In this document: piece by piece, positions 41,782 through 51,155 of the stretch
Numbering within the stretch: position 1 is the stretch's first letter
Layout of the letters: every line of letters starts with the position of its first letter
Virus record (IMG/VR): IMGVR_UViG_3300029288_000094
Direction: 5' to 3' (one strand)
Length of the DNA stretch: 54,659 nt
Source: an uncultured virus (IMG/VR IMGVR_UViG_3300029288_000094)
Lineage: Duplodnaviria; Heunggongvirae; Uroviricota; Caudoviricetes
The notes under the pieces: generated by a model
Databases searched by the model: none
What the model saw: only the letters and a program-made list of their open reading frames with translations
Told to the model about the DNA's origin: nothing
Program-made: the position numbers and the translations under genes

Positions 41782-43134
41782 ATCAAATTGTATGTTCTAT
41801 ATAAGTTATTATTTTACTTCATATAATCACCTCCTAATTTATAGAATTCTTTAATCCATTCTGCTAGTAGGATAGCAGTCTATTCCATTCTCTTGAAGCA
41901 CTCTTGAAAATTCCCTAGCAAATGCTTCCTTCTTTTCCATACTCTGCGTCATAGTAGAAACCCAATAGTGATAACCTCCATAATAACTCTTAGAAATTTT
42001 ACCGTTTTCTTTGACAATTCCTTTCTTTTTTAAAGCATTGATGAATTTGATTCCCTCTCCCTTATAAGGTATCACTACCCAAGCGAAACCACAAATACCG
42101 GAAGGAACATACCATTGTTTCTCCACTTCTGAGTTGTCATCCAATACGTTAGAATGTTGCTGAACAATCATTGGAACAGGAATTTTTGCTTCATGTGCTT
42201 CCATTCCAGCTTTTTCAGCCATTTCCAAGATCGAAACATAATCTTCTGTTAGCTTCCTCAATCAATCTGGAAGCTTCCTCAAAGGATATATCACTATCCC
42301 GATAATCCTTCTTTGTGATACAAAACAAAGCCCAAAGCTGTTTTTTAGTTGCTTTTCCCATATTTGTTCCTCCTTTTAAGAAACATATGCAACAATTTCA
42401 AATTTCCCACTCTGCATTTTGTACCATGAAAGAGCAAGGAAAAGTTTCCTGTCTGTGGTATCGAAAGTACAATGTCCACTCTCTCCACAAAGAAAACCAC
42501 TCCAAGGATTTCCTTCCTCATCAATTACCGTTACTCCTCTCTTTTCCAGAATACTGAATAATTCTTCAAGAGGAATCTTTTCATGATACCTATTGTAAGT
42601 AAGTTTCCCAATCTCTTTGTTAATTTTATTCCTTTCACTTTTATCCATTCTCTAATTCACCTCCTTTCCACTATTTGTTTTCCATCATCAAATATGATGG
42701 ATTTATACTCTAATTCTTTAACAATTAACTCAAATCCAAGAGAATCTAATTCCTTAATTATATCATCAAATTTCATCCCTAACTCTTTATTGATATACTC
42801 TTTAACAGAAGGAATATAATCTTCCCTAAAGAAATGCACTCCATTATTTCTGATATCTGGTGGAGTAGCAGAAATAGTATATCCAAGTTTATCTCTAAAT
42901 TCATAAAATAAGGTATTATTAGGAATACTATAAGTACTCCATAATCCAAGCTTATCTAATTTACTCTGCAATCTGTATCCTATAACTGGTTTATAATTAC
43001 AATACATATTAGTCATATTGAATAAATCATTATCTTCCCAGGTATCGGAAAAGAAATCCTGGAAATCATTATAATCTGTCCATTCTCTATTATCAGGATT
43101 ATAGGAAGTAAATTTCATAATATCTCTTTACTCC

Positions 43135-43168
43135 AAAACCCCACTCCCAAGGAAATGGGAAGTGGGGT
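43135..43168 (-). terminator. Hairpin with UUUCCU loop and U-tract (copy B)
   Basis: CCCCACT-T-CCCA-TTTCCT-TGGG-AGTGGGG-TTTT. Confidence 0.6.
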
Positions 43169-43189
43169 ATGTTTAATCAGGAAGTAAGT

Positions 43190-43441
43190 TTATTCTACAA
43201 AGTTAAATACTACTTCCTTATCTAACTTCCATCCTGTATTCATCATAACAATTCTCTTAACTTCTTCCATGATCTTCTTTCCAGGCATTGTCTTTCTGTT
43301 ACCATAGTATCGGATATTTCTCCATTTACCAACAACATACACTTGAATAACTCCACTATCCATTCTTGCTTTCAGTTTAATTACTGAATCAGAAAATGGA
43401 TTGCATCCGCCATTTTCACTCCTTATAATTTTGTCCAACAT
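43190..43441 (-). CDS. Hypothetical early protein, paralog of 44803..45088
   Basis: Shared LDK.IR.ENGGCNP...AR.D.G..QV..VGKWR.I...MxNTGW. Confidence 0.7.
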   Translation of the reverse strand: MLDKIIRSENGGCNPFSDSVIKLKARMDSGVIQVYVVGKWRNIRYYGNRKTMPGKKIMEEVKRIVMMNTGWKLDKEVVFNFVE

Positions 43442-43970
43442 AACTCTATCCTCCTATTTTATATTTACACTCTATTCTTGGAAATTACAGGAAAATCACT
43501 CTGTAAATTCCCATATTTGCACTCTGTAAAATATATTCTTTTTGTATTACAAAATGTATCTAATAGGAATCTATTTGTAATACAATAGCAATCAAATTGA
43601 TATATAATTGACATACATTTCCCTTTTACACGATTAAATAAGTAAAGTACAGTATTCTTGATTGAATTTGTAAACTTAGAAAAATTATCAGGTATACAAT
43701 TAACCATAATAGCCTTAGATTTTGGCTGGAGGGTGTTAGCTTGAATATTCACCCTGAAATTTTCAAAATGCCTTTCTATAGTGATTTTACGATATATAGG
43801 TATACTGCACTTATAAGCAGATAAACTACCATTACAAGGCATTTTAAGCATTGACGCTTGAGAATGCCCTACAATGCAATTTAAGGCATCATAAGGCATA
43901 TTATATGCCTTATGAAAGAAATGTTGATTGTGAACAATCCTCATTGATGATTTTTTCATAACCTTTCAAT

Positions 43971-44000
43971 AAAAAAGGCTCTCACAATGGAGAGCCTTTT
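43971..44000. terminator. Bidirectional intrinsic terminator
   Basis: aaaaaaGGCTCTC-acaatg-GAGAGCCtttt. Confidence 0.75.
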
Positions 44001-44022
44001 CGCTGCCAGGCAATAGACTTAA

Positions 44023-44697
44023 TTATAAGTCAATGCCTTTGTTGTCATGCAACCATTTTTTGATCAATGGCGTATGTAACCGATCTTTACCTAATGACTT
44101 ATCATACGCAGTAACGCTTGACAAATCACTTATTTGTGATCTTGCATAATCAGTCAATGACTGATACTGCACACCCTCGATAACTACCGCTCGGCCCTTA
44201 CGGGTACGGCTGGTATTGTTGGTATCAACATTGACTTTTGTGGTATCAACTTGTGGTTTCACCTTGCTAGGATTATAGGTAGTTGAAAACGGCGCAAAAT
44301 TGATAAATTCGTTGCGATGTTTTCTGAACTGGGCCTGTAACTCAAGCCCGTCAATATTGTATCTCATAGCGGTCATACCAACATTTTGCAAGTGTTTGGC
44401 AATTTCTTTCCCCAATCTTTCAAAGAAATGCTCAGATTCAATGATGTTATCAAATTGCCTGACAAATTCATTGTACTTCTGTTCTGCTTGATATACATCG
44501 GCATACTTCTGCACAAGAGATTCACGATACAGAAACAATTCATTTACATCGGTGGTAGCCTTGCCATACTTTTCAGTGTACAGATTGGTCAAAACTTGTA
44601 CATCATCAAAATTTGGCTTTTCACCCTCATGTTTCAAAACCTCTTGCAGTAATGGTATTGCTTTTTCCTTGATTGCTGCTTTTTCGATATTAAACAT
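44023..44697 (-). CDS. Hypothetical early protein (224 aa)
   Basis: Long ORF with GGAGGT RBS. Confidence 0.75.
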   Translation of the reverse strand: MFNIEKAAIKEKAIPLLQEVLKHEGEKPNFDDVQVLTNLYTEKYGKATTDVNELFLYRESLVQKYADVYQAEQKYNEFVRQFDNIIESEHFFERLGKEIAKHLQNVGMTAMRYNIDGLELQAQFRKHRNEFINFAPFSTTYNPSKVKPQVDTTKVNVDTNNTSRTRKGRAVVIEGVQYQSLTDYARSQISDLSSVTAYDKSLGKDRLHTPLIKKWLHDNKGIDL

Positions 44698-44802
44698 AAC
44701 AATTACCTCCAGGTTAATCCGTGAAGTGGTTTACCTTCATCAGTGTACAAGTAACCAGCTTGTACAGATTGCCCTTGTTATAGGGCAATTTCGGCTAAAG
44801 AA

Positions 44803-45088
44803 TTACACGAATTGAAAAACTATCTTTTTGTAACTTATACGACTGTCTTTACTCCAGCCGGTATTATTCATGATGATATTTGACGCTTCGTTTTCTTTCA
44901 TTTTAGTTAGAGGAGATTTTCTTGCTCTGCAAATATACCGCCATTTGCCCACAATAAAAACTTGTAGATAACCGGTGTCAATGCGAGCAGGGATTTGTAA
45001 TACCTTGTCAGTGATAGGGTTGCATCCTCCATTTTCTTCACGTATTACCTTGTCAAGTATTTCAGAAAACTTTTTTTCAATATTCATT
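44803..45088 (-). CDS. First gene of the leftward arm, hypothetical
   Basis: Start MNIEKK with AAGGAG RBS; paralog of 43190..43441. Confidence 0.7.
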
Positions 45089-45146
45089 TTCTTCTCCTTT
45101 CCTTTTGTTTTATTTGCTATGTAGTGCTGTAGCATACTGTACTATA

Positions 45147-45162
45147 AGCAAATAGTATGCCA
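45147..45162 (-). promoter_or_regulatory. Sigma54-type -24/-12 promoter for the leftward arm
   Basis: TGGCAT-ACTAT-TTGCT about 60 bp upstream of the first leftward start codon. Confidence 0.65.
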
Positions 45163-45192
45163 TAATATATCAATATTGTAGTTTTAGCACAA

Positions 45193-45384
45193 AAGTTTAA
45201 TATATTAAACTTGCATCGGTGTTTTTTATTCAATTTACATCATTTTGTTTAATATATTAAACTTGAATGTACATAATATATCGACATTATTGTCGAGTGT
45301 CGACATTATTGTCGAATTGATAACTTATTGATATTATAGGTACTTTACTGATCTTAGCAATAAATGTATCGACATTATTGTCGA
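45193..45384. promoter_or_regulatory. Repeated palindromic operator-like sites
   Basis: GTTTAATATATTAAAC at 45195 and 45247; TCGACATTATTGTCGA at 45281, 45300 and 45369. Confidence 0.7.
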
Positions 45385-45463
45385 GTGTTAAAATACTTAT
45401 GTAATTCCAGATAGTTAGCTTGTGATGATTGTGAAACCATGTGAATTGTATTTCACATGATAT

Positions 45464-45643
45464 AGCAAGATTAATGCCATAAGTTTATATGCAAGTGGTA
45501 TGCCACAGTGAATTCAAATTTTATGCCACAGTGTGGCACAAGGTATGCAATAATAATGCAAGTGTTGTGCCAATGGTAATGGTATGGTTATTGCATTATT
45601 ATGCAAGTATTGTGCCAGGTGATTCTATGCAAGTATCATGCCA
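45464..45643. repeat. Array of eight sigma54-type -24/-12 boxes
   Basis: TGGCAY-N5-TTGCW exact on minus strand at 45464, 45490, 45557, 45602, 45628; one-mismatch copies at 45513(-), 45534(+), 45580(+). Confidence 0.75.
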
Positions 45644-45922
45644 TAAAATCGTGGTGCAGACTAAAAGCTTTTTTGGGAGGATTGGTGCATAATCCCACAT
45701 AGAGCAAATAAAACAAAAAGGTTTCCAAATGCTATAGTGGAATTTTAAGAAGAAAAACAAAAAGAGTTTCCATAACCATTGAAGGTTACTTTAACTTAAA
45801 GAGTTCCCATAGCTCACATAGGCTTTTATAATCTGATAGTCTTACCTATATATTTTTATAAGTAGTGTGAAAAATAGAAAAGGTTTTGATATGAGGTTTT
45901 GATTTTAAAACAAAAAGAGTTT

Positions 45923-45996
45923 TGGGGTGAGGAGTGGGAATTGAACCCACATCTTAAGTGCCACAGACTTACGTTCTACCTTTGAACTATCCCCAC
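45923..45996 (-). tRNA. tRNA-His (GUG) with encoded CCA
   Basis: Acceptor GTGGGGA/TCCTCAC, D arm GTTC/GAAC, anticodon arm TAAGT-CTGTGGC-ACTTA, T arm GTGGG-TTCAATT-CCCAC, C73-CCA. Confidence 0.9.
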
Positions 45997-46310
45997 ATTT
46001 TTCCACCACATATTATAAAAAACCTATAGTATGTGGTGTAAAATTTTATTTAAAACAATTTCTTTTTACATTCTTTACTGCTTTCAATCCACTTACATTT
46101 CTCATTGATTTGTTTCTTACTTTTCTGAAGTTCTGAGCAGAGCTACTGTTTACATAATTTGGTCTTGATTCTCCTCTTGCAAATGCTAAAATAATAAAAA
46201 TTATTAAACAAGCTATACCTAACATATTTGTTTCTCCTTACTTTTTATTTACTCTCTATATATTATATACAATATTTTCACTCAAATCTGACCAATTATT
46301 TTATGAAAAT

Positions 46311-46338
46311 TAAAGATATTTTCATTATTTGTCGATAA
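46311..46338 (+). promoter_or_regulatory. Sigma28-like late promoter upstream of terminase
   Basis: TAAAgatattttcattatttGTCGATAA. Confidence 0.78.
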
Positions 46339-46370
46339 TATAATAGAAAGCATTAAAATGAGGTGATTTT

Positions 46371-46985
46371 ATGACTGATGAAGAATTTATACAACTACAG
46401 AAAAAGAAAAAGGGAAAGATATATTCTAAATCAAGAAAAGCTGTTGTTAAGAGAAAAAAGAAGGAGGAGAAGAAATTAGAGAAAGAGATTAAGAAACAAG
46501 TAGTTGTACCTGCTATAATTATCAAGGAACCTAGTTACGAGGAAGTGGAGGCTGCTTTAAAGAAGAATACTGGGCTTTTGTCTTATACTGCCAAAGACTT
46601 AGAGATACCTTTAGAAGTTTTGAAGAAGATTATTAAGAAAAACAAGAACTTACGTAATTTATTGTTTGATTTAAGGGAAACTATTACTGATATTGCTGAA
46701 GAGACATTGCTTTACAGGATGATGGAGAAGAAGGATGGCATTATAGCTATGTTTGTGGCTAAGTGTCTTGGCAAGAACAGAGGATGGGTTGAGAAACCCG
46801 ACAAAGCTGGCAGTTCTGCACAAAAGCCTGTATTTATTAGAATTCTGCCTGTAGATGGTAATGGAGGTGGTAAAGGTAAAAAATTGAAGGCAGAGATTAA
46901 AGTAGGGGCAGCTTTACCTGCTGCTGTTACTAAGGAAGAGAAAGCTGTAGAAGAGATTATAGAAGCGGAGGTTTTAGATGCATAA
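46371..46985 (+). CDS. Terminase small subunit (putative)
   Basis: HTH-like EAALKKNTGLLSYTAKDL; DIAEETL...IAMFVAKCLGKNRGWVE; upstream of TerL. Confidence 0.7.
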   Translation: MTDEEFIQLQKKKKGKIYSKSRKAVVKRKKKEEKKLEKEIKKQVVVPAIIIKEPSYEEVEAALKKNTGLLSYTAKDLEIPLEVLKKIIKKNKNLRNLLFDLRETITDIAEETLLYRMMEKKDGIIAMFVAKCLGKNRGWVEKPDKAGSSAQKPVFIRILPVDGNGGGKGKKLKAEIKVGAALPAAVTKEEKAVEEIIEAEVLDA

Positions 46986-47199
46986 TCATTCAAATTGTTG
47001 TGAGCATAGCAGGGTTAAGTATTGCAAGGTTTGTCAAGTGATTTACTGTGAGGATTGTGGTAAGGAGTGGAGAGAGTATATCTATAACTGGAAACCTTCA
47101 CCTTCAGTGCCTTACTGGACTACCATGCCTTACTGGACTACCAGTGGTACTCAGATTCTTGATGGAAATGTGAAAGTGGAATATCATAGTCATGGCTAA
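46978..47199 (+). CDS. Small Cys-rich hypothetical protein
   Basis: CCEH...CKVC...CEDC; contains an 18-bp tandem duplication at 47108-47143. Confidence 0.6.
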   Translation: MHNHSNCCEHSRVKYCKVCQVIYCEDCGKEWREYIYNWKPSPSVPYWTTMPYWTTSGTQILDGNVKVEYHSHG

Positions 47200-48448
47200 A
47201 AAGAAAAGAATAGAACATAGTGATTTGTTTTCTCAACAGGAAGAAGCTGAAAAGGTAGACCTTACTGCTACCAGAGTTTTCTTTGAGAATATGAACAGTG
47301 ATAAGAAGATTAACATCAATATAGGGGGAGGCGGTAGTTCCAAGTCTTATTCAATCATTCAGTTACTTCTCTATAAATTCTTGACCGAGAGAAATAAAAA
47401 AATCTTGGTTATCCGTAAAACAATGCCCTCCATTAGAACTACCGTCCTTATCCCCTTCCATGAGATAATGAACACCTTTGGTGTGTCAGAAAGAATCAAA
47501 GAAGACAAGGTTGGTATGAACTTCTTCTATAATGATAATCTTATTCACTTTAATGGGTTGGACAATGCTGAGAAGGTGAAGTCGGCTTCCTGGAATTACA
47601 TATGGTTTGAGGAAGCTACTGACATTACTGAGAATGATTTCAACACTGTAAGGTTATATCTTCGTGCTCCATCAAAAGATGGTTTGAAGAATCAAATATT
47701 TCTTTCCTTTAACCCTATTGACGAGTTTCACTGGATAAAAGAAAGGCTTATTGATTCTGATGGTTTTGCTGGTCAGGTTAATGTTATCCATTCTACATAC
47801 AAAGATAACCCATTTTTACCAGAAGATAGTAAAAAGACTTATGAAGATTTAATTGAACAGGATATCAACTTTTACAGGATATATGCTCTTGGTGAGTGGG
47901 GAAAACTTGAGAACTTGATTTACAGGAACTGGGAAATGGTAGAATCAATACCGGTGAATTTAAAGGGTGCGAGAGTATTATATGGTGTTGACTTTGGTTA
48001 CAATGACCCTACTGTTATAACTAAATCTATAGTAAAAGACATGGAAGTATGGCATGAAGAACTTCTTTATCAACCAAAGATGACTAATCAAGATTTGATA
48101 GCATATATGAGGTCACATATCCCTAAATCAGAATGGAATAAACCTTGGTATGCAGATGCCCAATACCCTGATAAGATTAGAGAGATAAGGTTGGAAGGAT
48201 TTAATATTAAAGCTGCACAGAAGAATATTGGTGATGGTATTGATATGCTTAAGAGGTTCAGGCAGTATGTTCCCAAATCAAGTTCAAATTTAATAAAAGA
48301 GTTCAGGGCATACAGTTGGAAAACTGATAAGCGTGGAAACATCATAGATGAGCCTGTAGACTTCTTAAACCACGGTATGGACTCAGTTAGGTATGCATTG
48401 TATAGCCAGTTAAGAGGAGAGGGGATTTATAAGGTTAGATGGGTGTAG
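47192..48448 (+). CDS. terL: Terminase large subunit (PBSX/SPP1-like)
   Basis: GGGGSSKS, VIRKT, WFEEA, SFNP, HSTYKDNPFL, ALGEWG, GVDFGYNDP, NHGMDSVRY. Confidence 0.95.
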   Translation: MAKKKRIEHSDLFSQQEEAEKVDLTATRVFFENMNSDKKININIGGGGSSKSYSIIQLLLYKFLTERNKKILVIRKTMPSIRTTVLIPFHEIMNTFGVSERIKEDKVGMNFFYNDNLIHFNGLDNAEKVKSASWNYIWFEEATDITENDFNTVRLYLRAPSKDGLKNQIFLSFNPIDEFHWIKERLIDSDGFAGQVNVIHSTYKDNPFLPEDSKKTYEDLIEQDINFYRIYALGEWGKLENLIYRNWEMVESIPVNLKGARVLYGVDFGYNDPTVITKSIVKDMEVWHEELLYQPKMTNQDLIAYMRSHIPKSEWNKPWYADAQYPDKIREIRLEGFNIKAAQKNIGDGIDMLKRFRQYVPKSSSNLIKEFRAYSWKTDKRGNIIDEPVDFLNHGMDSVRYALYSQLRGEGIYKVRWV

Positions 48449-48454
48449 AAAAAT

Positions 48455-48482
48455 TAAAGATATGAGCTATTTATGTCGATAA
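48455..48482 (+). promoter_or_regulatory. Sigma28-like late promoter
   Basis: TAAAgatatgagctatttatGTCGATAA. Confidence 0.78.
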
Positions 48483-48522
48483 TATAATAAGACTGTTTAT
48501 AAGGAGAAGGGATGTCCATAAA

Positions 48523-48765
48523 ATGGATAAGATAAAGCAGGAGGACATTTATCAATGTCCTATGCATGATGACTTACGAAAGAAAGTAGAAGCTCATGAT
48601 ATAATCTTAAATGGTGAGAGAGGTACACCTGGAATGGTAGGTAAACTTGACAGTTTGAATAACACTGTTCAGGATATAAAAAAACTGTTGCAGTGGGCTT
48701 TAGGTGTTATACTTACTCCAGTTCTTATAGCCATCATAGCATTAGTGTTGAAGAGTGTAAAATGA
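48523..48765 (+). CDS. Small membrane protein (coiled coil + C-terminal TM; holin/XhlA-like)
   Basis: Coiled coil followed by WALGVILTPVLIAIIALVL. Confidence 0.55.
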   Translation: MDKIKQEDIYQCPMHDDLRKKVEAHDIILNGERGTPGMVGKLDSLNNTVQDIKKLLQWALGVILTPVLIAIIALVLKSVK

Positions 48766-49214
48766 GCATATTTGATAAAATAATACAGTTTTTAATAGCA
48801 TTAGCAGTTTCTTGTATTGTAGTATTCAGTGTTATTACAACTTACTGTCTTTATTACCCTTATAATGTTATAGATATAAAAGAACCAATTACTGTCCTAA
48901 CTAAAGAAGTTAAGCAGGGAGAGATATGTGAATTAGAAATAACCTACACCAAACATTTAGACATTTTAGGGCAGAGACAGGTACAGTTGGTAAATGGAAT
49001 GATTGTAACCTTGGATAAAGACCCTGAATATGTTCATCTAAAGGTAGGAGAGAATATAAAGTATAGGGTAGGTTTTTTAATTCCAGATTGGTATCCAGAA
49101 GGCTACTGCCATGTTGAGTTAACTACTATTCATCATGTCAATCCTTTACGAACCGTAGTCGAGAAATTCTCTACTGAGGAGTTTAGGGTGACTAAACATG
49201 GAAAGTATAAGTAA
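48762..49214 (+). CDS. Membrane-anchored hypothetical protein
   Basis: Likely start MSIFDK; N-terminal TM segment. Confidence 0.55.
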   Translation: MSIFDKIIQFLIALAVSCIVVFSVITTYCLYYPYNVIDIKEPITVLTKEVKQGEICELEITYTKHLDILGQRQVQLVNGMIVTLDKDPEYVHLKVGENIKYRVGFLIPDWYPEGYCHVELTTIHHVNPLRTVVEKFSTEEFRVTKHGKYK

Positions 49215-49400
49215 CGTTTTATTGTTGACAAGTTTAATAATTTTTATAGTTGGGCTATGCTCCTTTGGTATTTGGGAGTATAGACATTTTACCTTACTTA
49301 AGAAAAGCAGACAGAGATGTAAGGAAAAATTTGAGGAAGTGAAAGATAGATTTGATGAAGTTGAGACAAGAATTGATACTTTAGAAGAAAAGGTCAAATA

Positions 49401-50087
49401 ATGGATGATTTAACCATAATCTACATTACTGCCAATACCTTGCCTAAAAGTTGGGTAGACTTTCAAACTAAGCATCTTATCAAGGCAGCAAATGGTTCCA
49501 GAATAATTTCAATTTCAAGAGAACCTATGAACTTTGGTGATAACCTGTTAGATACTGAGAAGAAGTGTTACTGGAATATATATTTTCAGTTGTTAAGAGG
49601 TGCAAAAGAAGCTAAGACTCCTTTTGTTGCTATGGCTGAAGATGATACTTTATATACCAAAGAGCATTTCTCAAAATTCAGACCTCCTGTGGATGCTGTG
49701 TCTTATGACAGAGCTAGGTGGTCATTGTTTGCTTGGGATAACATGTACTGTATGCGTCAGAGAATAAGTAACTGTTCTTTGGTTGCTCCAAGAGATTATT
49801 TAATAGAAGCATTAGAAGAGAGAAACAGGAAATACCCCAACGGCAACGACTATGTTGGAGAAGTAGGCAGGTCTAAGGTAGAACACAGATTGGGGGTATC
49901 AGTACGAAATTGTGTTGAGTGGTACTGTGATAATCCTATAGTACAATTAAACCATGAAGGAGGTACTGATAAAGGAGATTATGGTATAATCAATGGTAGG
50001 CATATGATTAAAAAGCATGGGCAGATGAAAGCCTATGACATTCCTTATTGGGGAAAAGCAACAGACATATTAAAATATTATAATTAA
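49401..50087 (+). CDS. Glycosyltransferase-like protein (GT-A fold)
   Basis: DLTIIYIT...RGAKEAKTPFVAMAEDDTLY. Confidence 0.7.
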   Translation: MDDLTIIYITANTLPKSWVDFQTKHLIKAANGSRIISISREPMNFGDNLLDTEKKCYWNIYFQLLRGAKEAKTPFVAMAEDDTLYTKEHFSKFRPPVDAVSYDRARWSLFAWDNMYCMRQRISNCSLVAPRDYLIEALEERNRKYPNGNDYVGEVGRSKVEHRLGVSVRNCVEWYCDNPIVQLNHEGGTDKGDYGIINGRHMIKKHGQMKAYDIPYWGKATDILKYYN

Positions 50088-50103
50088 GAGGGGGAAAACA
50101 TTT

Positions 50104-50682
50104 ATGATAACAGATGAATTGATTCAAATGAAGTTTCCTATGAGAAAGATGCATCTGCCTTTTTATCCTAGAAGGGGAAACAGAGAAACATTGGCAGAAT
50201 TTTTAGGTGAGAATAGTTTTAACTATGGGGCTGAAATAGGTACTCAGAGAGGTTATTATGCAAGAACTTTGTGTAGTAAGAACCCAAATCTAAACCTTAC
50301 CTGTGTTGATCCTTGGAAAGCTTATAACAGCGTTTCACAAGCAAGACAGGATGATTATTATAAACAGGCTATACAGAATCTTCAAGGATATAAGATAACT
50401 TTTATTAAAAAGTGGAGTATGGATGCATTATCTGATATAAAAGACGAATCTTTAGATTTTGTTTATATTGATGGAAATCATGTATTTGACCATGCTATTA
50501 TGGATATAATATGTTGGTCTGCAAAAGTAAAGAAAGAAGGTATTATAGCTGTACACGATTATCATACACAAGGATGTATGGGAGTCATTCAGGCTGTTGA
50601 AGCGTATACCAGAAGTCATTTCATTAATCCTTGGTATGTTACCAGAGAGGAGCTGCCTACAGCGTTTTGGGTAAAGAAATAA
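50104..50682 (+). CDS. Class I SAM-dependent methyltransferase (Methyltransf_24-like)
   Basis: GAEIGT.RG, CVDPW, LDFVYIDGNH, GIIAVHDY. Confidence 0.88.
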   Translation: MITDELIQMKFPMRKMHLPFYPRRGNRETLAEFLGENSFNYGAEIGTQRGYYARTLCSKNPNLNLTCVDPWKAYNSVSQARQDDYYKQAIQNLQGYKITFIKKWSMDALSDIKDESLDFVYIDGNHVFDHAIMDIICWSAKVKKEGIIAVHDYHTQGCMGVIQAVEAYTRSHFINPWYVTREELPTAFWVKK

Positions 50683-51155
50683 AAGATTATTTTGATAAAA
50701 TATGTAGTGTAGATAGTACAGTTGTAGTTACCACAGATGCAGCTGTACAGAACTTATGGGATAACAGGTATATTTACTATAATCCTACTAAAATAAAGTA
50801 TGCTGAAAAATTCTATGATTCATTTGAGGACTTGATTGAGAAGGTTCATAAAGGTGGAAATATAGATATTCCAAATACTTGGTATTGGAATTATATAAAA
50901 ATGTACCATAGAGCATGGAAAGAAAAAATACTAACACAACAGTCAATAAAAGGAATGACAGAAAAGGTTGAGAATGGTATAAACCTTTATTATGATATTA
51001 AGAAAAATGGTATGTTAAATCCTTTAGGAGTTATAATAGAGGATGGTAATTTTATTATTTATAGAGGATGTCGTAGACTGGTCATTCTTCATGTATTGGG
51101 TGTAGAAAGATTAAAGGTGCAATATGCAATTATCAATAATAGTACCAGTTCTTAA
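50631..51155 (+). CDS. ParB/Srx-like domain protein; start uncertain
   Basis: LYYDIKKNGMLNPL...IYRGCRRLVIL. Confidence 0.55.
   Translation: MVCYQRGAAYSVLGKEIKDYFDKICSVDSTVVVTTDAAVQNLWDNRYIYYNPTKIKYAEKFYDSFEDLIEKVHKGGNIDIPNTWYWNYIKMYHRAWKEKILTQQSIKGMTEKVENGINLYYDIKKNGMLNPLGVIIEDGNFIIYRGCRRLVILHVLGVERLKVQYAIINNSTSS

Noticed and set aside
43465..43959. 164-aa ORF
   Set aside because: Atypical composition, no clear RBS or motif; may be non-coding, so it was not called.
45464..45692. Mini-CRISPR, or the 67-aa ORF 45489..45692
   Set aside because: Units are 16-bp bipartite motifs in both orientations with irregular gaps; the ORF simply reads through these motifs and lacks a clear RBS.
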